A DNA stretch of 64,000 nt from Lachnospiraceae bacterium. Its GTDB lineage: Bacteria; Bacillota; Clostridia; Lachnospirales; Lachnospiraceae. The stretch lies in assembly GCA_022776445.1 (NCBI GenBank), contig JALFHZ010000236.1, positions 11,266-75,265 on the forward strand. The letters are read 5' to 3'. Shown piece by piece: positions 56,821 to 64,000 of the stretch. Position numbers and translations under genes: made by a program. The notes under the pieces were generated by a model that saw nothing but the letters and a program-made list of their open reading frames with translations, had not been told where the DNA came from and did no database searches. Within the stretch, counting starts at the first letter, position 1, and every line of letters starts with the position of its first letter.

Positions 56821-58230
56821 TCCGTTCCCAGTATATTCAGTTTTGAACCAGATGTCAAGAGGGATTTTTACTTCGGATGCCAGAAACCACAGAGCCAGCA
56901 GATTGGGATATACCATCAGCCCGTTCCAGATATCCGAAATCAGCCATACAATCTCCAGACGGCTGATACAGCCTGTAAATACTGCTGCCAGATACAAAAC
57001 CGTGTAGAACCTGATGCCGATCTTCTCGCGGTTTTGCCCGTCCGTGGCCCGCTCCAGCAGATACTCTGCCGCCTGCCGGCCCAGATAATACCAGGCAATG
57101 ATTGTGGCAAATGCAAATACGATCATGGCACCCGACACCAGAATCTCACCGAATCCGCCCAGTTTTCTGGAAAAACACCAGGCTGTCAGGGCCGCACCAT
57201 CCGCTCCGGCAGGCGGCTGTTCCCGGCAGATGATACAGAGAATTACAAATGCTGTCAGTGTACAAATCACGATCGTATCAAAAAACACTTCAAACATGGC
57301 CCACATTCCCTGTCTTTCCGGAGTCGTATCCTCTGCCGCTCCATGCAGAACTGCCAGCGTTCCCAGTCCCGCCTCATTGGAAAATACACCGCGCGATAAA
57401 CCATAGCGCACACTCCGGCTCAGGAAAAAACCGACTGCCCCGCCGCCGGCAGCAGACGGTGTCCACGCTCCCCGGAAAACAGAGGCCGCAATCTCCGGCA
57501 GCACATTCCAGCAGGATACAATCACTGCGGCAGAAAAAATCAGATATATCCCCGCAGAAATCGGGACCAGATATTCCGACACACGGGAAATTCGTGCAAT
57601 CCCGCCTCGAATTACCGTTCCTGTCAGAAGAACCGCTGCCACTCCGATCAGCACGGCCGATACAGAAGCTCCGTTTTCTGAAAACCGGACACTGTGTGAC
57701 CGGATTGTCTCGCTCATGGAATTGGCCTGAACCATACTTCCCATTCCCAGAGATGCCATTACCACCAGAAACGCATACAGGTTTCCAAGCACCGGAACCC
57801 CCAGTCCATGTTCCATATATATCATGGGACCGCACATCCAGTGTCCGTCATCCCTGCGATATCGGTATACCTGCCCCAGCCATGTTTCTGCGTAAGCCGT
57901 CATCATTCCGATTCCCGCGGAAAGCCACATCCAGAACAATGCCCCCGGTCCGCCGGCTGTCAGAGCCGTCGCCACTCCGACAATATTTCCTGTGCCAATC
58001 GTCGCAGCCAGAGCCGTACAGGCAGACTGAAACTGAGAACATCCGGATCTCCGTTGTGCCTTTTTATCCTGTTTCCACATACTTCCGGCTGTACTGCTCC
58101 ACCAGACAGGGAACCCTCTTATCTGAAAAATACCGGAACGCAGGGTAAACCACACCCCTGTTCCCAGAAACAGAACCAGAGTCCACGGCCCCCACACCAT
58201 CCGGTGAATGATTTCCAGCCACTTTTCCAT
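56806..58230 (-). CDS. Alanine/glycine:cation symporter (AGCS family)
   Basis: ALAATIGTGNIVGVATA...GGPGALFWMW, RG.FSNEAGLG and F.DT...CT.TA. Confidence 0.95.
   Translation of the reverse strand: MEKWLEIIHRMVWGPWTLVLFLGTGVWFTLRSGIFQIRGFPVWWSSTAGSMWKQDKKAQRRSGCSQFQSACTALAATIGTGNIVGVATALTAGGPGALFWMWLSAGIGMMTAYAETWLGQVYRYRRDDGHWMCGPMIYMEHGLGVPVLGNLYAFLVVMASLGMGSMVQANSMSETIRSHSVRFSENGASVSAVLIGVAAVLLTGTVIRGGIARISRVSEYLVPISAGIYLIFSAAVIVSCWNVLPEIAASVFRGAWTPSAAGGGAVGFFLSRSVRYGLSRGVFSNEAGLGTLAVLHGAAEDTTPERQGMWAMFEVFFDTIVICTLTAFVILCIICREQPPAGADGAALTAWCFSRKLGGFGEILVSGAMIVFAFATIIAWYYLGRQAAEYLLERATDGQNREKIGIRFYTVLYLAAVFTGCISRLEIVWLISDIWNGLMVYPNLLALWFLASEVKIPLDIWFKTEYTGNGNKGE
56830..56858 (-). promoter_or_regulatory. 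sigma-A promoter for the riboswitch-antiporter unit, inside the agcS 3' end
   Basis: TTGACA-N17-TATACT. Confidence 0.8.
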
Positions 58231-58370
58231 TCCTGCACCGCCTCATATTCCGCTTCTTTTCCTTCTATATTTATGAGCCTGTAAGGCTTCACTATGACTT
58301 TTGACCCTCGCCAAATTCGTTCATATATGGTATGATGAAGGTGACTACAAAACAGGAAGAAGGGGATATT

Positions 58371-59351
58371 GTGCCTGGATTTACAACTCATTATATCTTC
58401 GGAATGAAGGCGTTCAATGATATGCCGAATAATCAGTTAAAATACATTATTTCCAAGTATCGCTGGCTGTACCAACTCGGCCTTCAGGGTCCGGACATGT
58501 TCTTTTACAACATTCCGATTCTGCGTCATCGGGATTACCGGAATGTCGGTTCGTATATGCACGAACACCACATAAAAGATTTCTTTGAATGCTATCTGCG
58601 CAATTTGCAGGAAATCAGCTCCAGGCAGCAGCGGGAGGAAGGACTGTCTTATTTCTGCGGTTTTTTATGCCATTATATCGGAGATTCCATCTGCCACCCT
58701 TATGTTTACGGGCGAATCGGACATGACATCAAAAATCCCAGCAGCCACACGCACGGCCTGCACGCTGCGCTGGAAAATGATATCGATGCCCTGCTTTTGC
58801 GAAAATACAAAAAGAAAAAGCCGTCCCAGTTCAACCAGGCGGCTACCATTTGCCTCAACGGCATGGAAATCCAGTTTATTTCCAGGTTCCTTTCCAAATG
58901 CATCAACGAAACCTATTATCCGATTTCCTATAAAAATAATTTTCAGGTCACTCCGCGGATGATCCACCGATCCATTCTGGCTCTCCGCTTTGGCTGCAGA
59001 ACCCTGGCCGATCCACGGAGCACCAAACGCAATACGATCGCATTCGTCGAGCATCTGTTTCTGAAGAATCCGATCGCATCCGCAAAACTGGTCACTGACG
59101 AAGTGACCGACCCGCGGGGCTGTCTCAATCTGGATCATGAAACCTGGTGCAATCCCTGGGATCGCCGGCTGGCCTCCAATGCCTCTTTTCCGGATCTGTT
59201 CCATCAGACCATGGTGAAGTGCAGCACCATTTATGCCATCATCAATTCCCTCCTCACGGATGGTTTGTCTTCCCGGAGCAGCAACCGGGAACGGCTTTTC
59301 CAGGAACTTGGCAGTGATTCTTATCACAGCGGATTAAACGTAGAGGATTAG
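58371..59351 (+). CDS. Zinc-dependent phospholipase C family protein
   Basis: PG..TH..FG, G.QGPD.FF, GF.CHY..D..CHPYV and H..LE..ID; GTG start. Confidence 0.82.
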   Translation: MPGFTTHYIFGMKAFNDMPNNQLKYIISKYRWLYQLGLQGPDMFFYNIPILRHRDYRNVGSYMHEHHIKDFFECYLRNLQEISSRQQREEGLSYFCGFLCHYIGDSICHPYVYGRIGHDIKNPSSHTHGLHAALENDIDALLLRKYKKKKPSQFNQAATICLNGMEIQFISRFLSKCINETYYPISYKNNFQVTPRMIHRSILALRFGCRTLADPRSTKRNTIAFVEHLFLKNPIASAKLVTDEVTDPRGCLNLDHETWCNPWDRRLASNASFPDLFHQTMVKCSTIYAIINSLLTDGLSSRSSNRERLFQELGSDSYHSGLNVED

Positions 59352-59369
59352 CCTTCGAGCTAATCCTCT

Positions 59370-59717
59370 CTACAAATACCGCTTCAGCATAGCCAACAGC
59401 TGCCACAATGCCATCCGGTCTTTCGTATTCATCTGTTCCAGATTATCAATGACCGCAATCATATCTTCTGCCGTCGCACTCTGCATCCGGATCGCTTCCG
59501 ATATCGGCTGTTCCCCCCGGTCATGAAATTCATATCCCAGAATACAGTCTGTAGAAACATGAAAATAATCCGCCATTTTGATCAGAACATCTACCTGAAT
59601 CTTACTTCTGTCGCGTTCCATCCGGCTGATAATCTGCTGTGACAGACCCATGGCATCGCCAAGCGCCCGCTGTGTGATGTGGTTCCGGTTCCGCAATTGC
59701 CTGATATTACTCTCCAT
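59370..59717 (-). CDS. XRE-family HTH regulator
   Basis: IRQLR....TQ..LG......Q..ISRMER and ADYFHVSTD.ILG. Confidence 0.9.
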   Translation of the reverse strand: MESNIRQLRNRNHITQRALGDAMGLSQQIISRMERDRSKIQVDVLIKMADYFHVSTDCILGYEFHDRGEQPISEAIRMQSATAEDMIAVIDNLEQMNTKDRMALWQLLAMLKRYL

Positions 59718-59824
59718 AACCGTAAATCTCCTTCATTTACCACTACTTTCCTATTTTAACAAATTCAGTAAGTAGCAATACTTATATATAAGGTTTCTTT
59801 ACTTATAATGGGAGTATCACATTC

Positions 59825-61042
59825 TTATCGGATGATCTGATCTCCATCTTTCATGCAATAGTGCTTCTGTACATTCAGACGACTGATCCAGCCCTTGGTC
59901 TCCGCGATCTTATAGCGATTTCCGGAATTATTCCACAGCCAGTCCGGAGTCGGCCAGAGACAGATCGACGGATCAATGGCCTGATAAACCGCCTGCCCCA
60001 CTCCGTTCTGTCCATGATGCGCCATCTGCACAATGTCTGATTTCAATGCCTCAGCACCTACATCTGCCAGAAGACGATTGCCGCCCTCATATCCCATATC
60101 GCCCAGGAACAGAATGGATCTGCCGTTTACATACAATTTATATACAATACCCGCGTTATTTCCCTTGTCACTGCCCAGTTCATAACGGTCATTCAGCACC
60201 AGAATCGTCACATCATCCACCTGGATGGTCTGCCCTCTGCTGACCGGGTGCAGCATGGTCTGAGGAAGTCCTGCCAGGGTTCCGATCATACTGTGCGCCA
60301 TTGTAGCTTCCGATGAATCGTGCACCGTATACCATTCCGGAGCTGCAAAGGAATAGTAAATTCCGTCAATCGTAATCCCGGATGCATTGCCGGCTGCTTC
60401 ATCCTGAAGAATCTTATAGAGTGCTCCGACATGATCGCCATGCGGATGTGTGATCAGCCATGCCGATACATGACCGCCGCGTGCCTGTATCTGGCTCTTT
60501 AAGTAGTCTCCGTCATCTCCCAGACCACCGTCAACAACAATCAGATTTCCCTGACTGGTCTGAAGAATTGCAGACAGCATCTGGCTGGAACTCTGAGAAT
60601 TCAGAAGTGTCAGTGTAGCACCGCCCAGAATCTGTTCCTGCAAAATCAGCTGACCCTGCTGTGCCTTTTCCCCTTCTGTCACAAGACTGCCATATACAGA
60701 AGGACCCTGACCTCCTCCCGCGGTCACCGTTTGGCTGCCGCCCGCAGTGATCGTTCCGCTGCCTCCTGCCGTCACCACATGGCTCTTCTCGGCCGACGCA
60801 TCCGTAACCGCCGATGTCAGCATATCATTCCCGATAAACGCCTGAATCGCATCGCCCTGCCCCACAGTCCTGCGGAATGCATCCATACCATCCGACAAGT
60901 ATTCCGTCAGATGAAAATCACTCTTCTGAACCGGCAAACCGGCGTACTCCGTTGTTTTTCCCGGCCCACTCACTACAGCTGCCAATACCAGCCCTGCTAC
61001 CAGACTGCCGCTCAGCCAACGTCTCTGTCCTCTATATTTCAT
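59825..61042 (-). CDS. Exported MBL-fold hydrolase (ComEC/Pce-like)
   Basis: N-terminal signal/anchor; THPHGDHVG, N.....Y...LF.GD and MAHHG motifs. Confidence 0.82.
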   Translation of the reverse strand: MKYRGQRRWLSGSLVAGLVLAAVVSGPGKTTEYAGLPVQKSDFHLTEYLSDGMDAFRRTVGQGDAIQAFIGNDMLTSAVTDASAEKSHVVTAGGSGTITAGGSQTVTAGGGQGPSVYGSLVTEGEKAQQGQLILQEQILGGATLTLLNSQSSSQMLSAILQTSQGNLIVVDGGLGDDGDYLKSQIQARGGHVSAWLITHPHGDHVGALYKILQDEAAGNASGITIDGIYYSFAAPEWYTVHDSSEATMAHSMIGTLAGLPQTMLHPVSRGQTIQVDDVTILVLNDRYELGSDKGNNAGIVYKLYVNGRSILFLGDMGYEGGNRLLADVGAEALKSDIVQMAHHGQNGVGQAVYQAIDPSICLWPTPDWLWNNSGNRYKIAETKGWISRLNVQKHYCMKDGDQIIR

Positions 61043-61300
61043 ATCATTCCTTCTCCTGTCTTTTTTTGTTCTGATGTTTTCTCTGGAAATGGTTCATCCA
61101 CAGACTCTTATTTTACCAGAGACTCCGAATTTTTTATACCCCTTTCCGAAAATCGTCAGAAAAACGTCATCTTTCCGACTTGATTTTTTTATCTTATAAT
61201 GCTATTATGTTCAATATAAATTATTTTTTTATTTTTTTGAACATCCTTTGTGGAATGCCAAACCATTCTCACAAAATAACAGCAAGGAGGTTTTTCCGTT

Positions 61301-62830
61301 ATGAATTCATCATCCAAGTCCCTGCTTTCACAGCTGGATCTTTTTACTACACTGGTGCCGTTCTTCTGTATCGTGACACTCTGTGCCCTGTTTGTATTGT
61401 ATCCTGAATCATCTTCCGGTACGCTGGAAACCATCCGTTACTTCCTCGGAGACCAGTTGGGAAGCTATTATCTGCTGATCGGGCTGGGCGTATTTTTCTG
61501 CTCCCTGTACCTTGCCTTTTCCCGCTACGGTCAGATCCGGCTGGGAAATCTGAACAAACCGGAGTATTCCAGTTTCCGCTGGGGTTCCATGATGTTCACC
61601 GCCGGTCTTGCAGCAGATATTCTGTTCTACTCCTGCTGTGAATGGATGCTGTATGCATCCGAACCGCACATCACCGAGATGGGAACCATGCAGGATTGGG
61701 CAGCAACCTTCCCACTGTTTCACTGGGGACCGATTCCGTGGGGCTTTTATCTGGTACTTTCCGTAGCTTTCGGTTTTATGCTGCATGTACGCAAACGCGA
61801 CAAGCAGAAATACTCCGAATCCTGTCGGGCTCTGCTTGGCAGCCGCGTGGATGGGTGGATCGGCAAGCTCATTGATCTGATTGCCGTATTTGCTCTGCTT
61901 GCCGGTACCGCAACCACCTTCTCCCTGGCAACTCCGCTTCTGTCTATGGCGATCAGCCGTGTGACCGGCATTGCGCAGTCCACAACCCTGACCATCATGA
62001 TCCTGCTGACCGTATGCCTGATTTACACCTTCTGTGTATATTTCGGAATGAAGGGCGTACAGAAAGCCGCAGCCTGCTGCACCTACCTGTTTTTCACGCT
62101 GCTGACCTATATCTTCCTCTTTGGCGGAGAGAGCCGTTTCATCGTTGAGACCGGCATCACCGCGCTTGGCAATATGGTTCAGAACTTCATCGGTCTGTCC
62201 ACCTGGACCGATTCCATGCGTACTTCCTCATTCCCGCAGAACTGGACTATTTTCTACTGGGCATACTGGATGGTTTGGTGCGTGGCTGTTCCGTTTTTCA
62301 TCGGTTCCATCAGCAAGGGGCGGACGATCCGCCAGACCATTCTGGGAGGATATTTCTTTGGTCTGGCAGGCACCTACACGTCCTTCATCATTCTGGGCAA
62401 TTTCGGTCTCGGCGTTCAGATGCACGGGCGGCTGGATATCCTCGCTTCCTACCATGCAACCGGAGATCTTTACACCTCCATCATTTCCATCCTGGAGCAG
62501 CTTCCGTTTTCCTGGTTCGTGCTGATCCTGCTGGTGCTGTGCATGGTTACCTTTTACTCGACCTCCTTTGATTCCATCACGATGGTGGCATCTGCCTACA
62601 CCTACAAAGAACTGCCTCACGATGCAGAACCGGACCGAAAGGTCAAACTTTTCTGGTCGGTGTTTCTGATCCTTCTGCCGCTCGCCCTGCTCTTCTCCGA
62701 AAATTCCATGGCGAATCTGCAGACTGTGTCGATCATCGCGGCATTCCCGGTTGGCATCATTATGATCCTGATTATCGCAAGTTTCTTTAAAGATGCAAAA
62801 GCTTATCTGGAGGAAACCAACTGCCGCTAA
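61301..62830 (+). CDS. BCCT family (choline/betaine/carnitine) transporter
   Basis: PEYS...W..MMFTAG, FHWG..PW, WTIFYWAYW and ISKGRTIRQ. Confidence 0.93.
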   Translation: MNSSSKSLLSQLDLFTTLVPFFCIVTLCALFVLYPESSSGTLETIRYFLGDQLGSYYLLIGLGVFFCSLYLAFSRYGQIRLGNLNKPEYSSFRWGSMMFTAGLAADILFYSCCEWMLYASEPHITEMGTMQDWAATFPLFHWGPIPWGFYLVLSVAFGFMLHVRKRDKQKYSESCRALLGSRVDGWIGKLIDLIAVFALLAGTATTFSLATPLLSMAISRVTGIAQSTTLTIMILLTVCLIYTFCVYFGMKGVQKAAACCTYLFFTLLTYIFLFGGESRFIVETGITALGNMVQNFIGLSTWTDSMRTSSFPQNWTIFYWAYWMVWCVAVPFFIGSISKGRTIRQTILGGYFFGLAGTYTSFIILGNFGLGVQMHGRLDILASYHATGDLYTSIISILEQLPFSWFVLILLVLCMVTFYSTSFDSITMVASAYTYKELPHDAEPDRKVKLFWSVFLILLPLALLFSENSMANLQTVSIIAAFPVGIIMILIIASFFKDAKAYLEETNCR

Positions 62831-62846
62831 CCCCGGCCATTCTCCC

Positions 62847-62888
62847 TGGAGATGCTGCAAACTATGCAGCACCTCCATTTTTGTTTTT
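62847..62888 (+). terminator. Terminator after the BCCT gene
   Basis: TGGAGATGCTGCA...TGCAGCACCTCCA followed by TTTTTGTTTTT. Confidence 0.75.
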
Positions 62889-62908
62889 CATATCCGATTC
62901 AATTTCCA

Positions 62909-62937
62909 TGAAACTTTTCTGGTCTTCCGAACGTCTA
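62909..62937 (+). promoter_or_regulatory. ECF sigma (SigV/W-type) autoregulatory promoter
   Basis: TGAAAC-N17-CGTCTA upstream of the ECF sigma gene. Confidence 0.72.
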
Positions 62938-62972
62938 ATGAGTAGAATGCAGAAAGAGGAGGGATAACAAAC

Positions 62973-63482
62973 GTGAGACTGTTTGCCGGAACAAAAGAAA
63001 AAGAACAGATCATAGAGCAGCTTTTACTGGAAAATTACAACCATTACTACCGTCTTGCATACAGCTACGTACACAACGAAGCTGACGCAGCAGACATTGT
63101 ACAGGAAGGAGCATACAAAGCAATTTTACATAGCCAGTCTCTGAAAAAAAAGGAATTTGCCGGAACCTGGCTGTACCGGATCATGCTGAATGAAATTTTC
63201 AATTTTCTCCGCAGGAGATCGGAATCTTCCCTGGATGAACTTCCTGCGGAACAGGGAGCAGAGGATACATATGAAAATGTGGATCTGAAGCGTGCACTCG
63301 ATGCAATGCCGGAAAAAGACAAAGCCGTCATAGAACTGAAATATTTCGAAGACAAAAAGCTCAGTGAAATCGCAGAAATTTTAGAAGAGAATATCAGTAC
63401 CATAAAAAGCCGACTGTATCGAAGCTTAAAAAAACTGCAGCTGGAACTTTCCGATGATGTGCGGAGAGATGAAAGGAGGTAA
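62973..63482 (+). CDS. ECF RNA polymerase sigma factor (SigV-like)
   Basis: YRLAYSYV.NE.DA.DIVQE, WLYRI..N and EIAEIL..N.ST.KSRLYR. Confidence 0.9.
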   Translation: MRLFAGTKEKEQIIEQLLLENYNHYYRLAYSYVHNEADAADIVQEGAYKAILHSQSLKKKEFAGTWLYRIMLNEIFNFLRRRSESSLDELPAEQGAEDTYENVDLKRALDAMPEKDKAVIELKYFEDKKLSEIAEILEENISTIKSRLYRSLKKLQLELSDDVRRDERR

Positions 63483-63485
63483 CCC

Positions 63486-64000
63486 ATGAAAGAACAGAGA
63501 AATGACAAAGAGCGGCTGGAAAAACTGAATCAGGAATATCACCAGATGCGCATGACGCAAGAACAGGTAACAGAGATGAAACACAGAATCAAAGAAGCCA
63601 AAACAGTAAAGAACAAAAAACACCGTTCAGGGATTGTAAAATGCAGCTTTGCTGCAGCTGCCGCACTCTCCGTACTGATTCTTCTTCCCAACACTTCTGC
63701 GGATGTGGCTTACGCGATGAGCAGTCTTCCTCTCGTAGGCAAACTGGTAGAAGTGGTTACTTTCCGGAATTATCAGTATGAGAGCGATCGTCAGAATGCC
63801 GATATCCAGGTGCCGGAACTGGTAGCCGGCAATCAGACGGAAAGTCCGGCAGGTGATTCCGTAAATCAGGCGATTGAACAGGTAAATCAGGAAATACAGA
63901 CGATTACCGACCAGATTATATCGGAATTTGAGAAAAACAGGAGTGATCAGGAAGGTTATCAGGATGTCGTGGTAAAAAGTGAAATTCTTACTACTACAGA
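63486..64000 (+). CDS. Anti-sigma factor (RsiV-like), truncated by the window end
   Basis: My translation from ATG 63486 (GAAAGGAGG RBS): MKEQRND...AAAAALSVLILLPNTS...AYAMS.LP.VG.LV.VVTFR.Y, the RsiV-type TM/cleavage region. Confidence 0.82.
   Translation, partial: MKEQRNDKERLEKLNQEYHQMRMTQEQVTEMKHRIKEAKTVKNKKHRSGIVKCSFAAAAALSVLILLPNTSADVAYAMSSLPLVGKLVEVVTFRNYQYESDRQNADIQVPELVAGNQTESPAGDSVNQAIEQVNQEIQTITDQIISEFEKNRSDQEGYQDVVVKSEILTTT

Overview
Chromosomal window from a Firmicute, probably a gut Lachnospiraceae/Clostridia (inferred from gene style and content). About 1-47 kb is a large sugar-acid catabolic region. It holds three tripartite tricarboxylate transporter (TTT, TctABC) loci, one with a duplicated tctBA membrane module, and seven LysR genes, one of them a double-LysR fusion. 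Enzymes include two glucarate-dehydratase paralogues, galactarate dehydratase, a garR/DapA-family aldolase/glycerate kinase operon, a LarA-family racemase/epimerase beside a three-gene flavo/Fe-S dehydrogenase, a TTT-fed GH28/GH105/esterase operon and a cytoplasmic B3-type metallo-beta-lactamase-like hydrolase. An Rpn (PD-(D/E)XK) nuclease gene with a 21-bp tandem-repeat tail and an internal start site interrupts the region. The last 17 kb is mostly core genes: MATE, glnK-amtB, ispE, GntR, cyclophilin, a Ca/Na antiporter under a yybP-ykoY riboswitch, an AgcS symporter, a BCCT transporter and sigV-rsiV. It also contains an unannotated sRNA-like unit (about 55483-55630) behind six 11-bp-phased regulator half-sites; its loops are complementary to a generic Shine-Dalgarno plus start codon. 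No CRISPR, tRNA or rRNA was seen. All calls come from motif recognition; no database searches were run.
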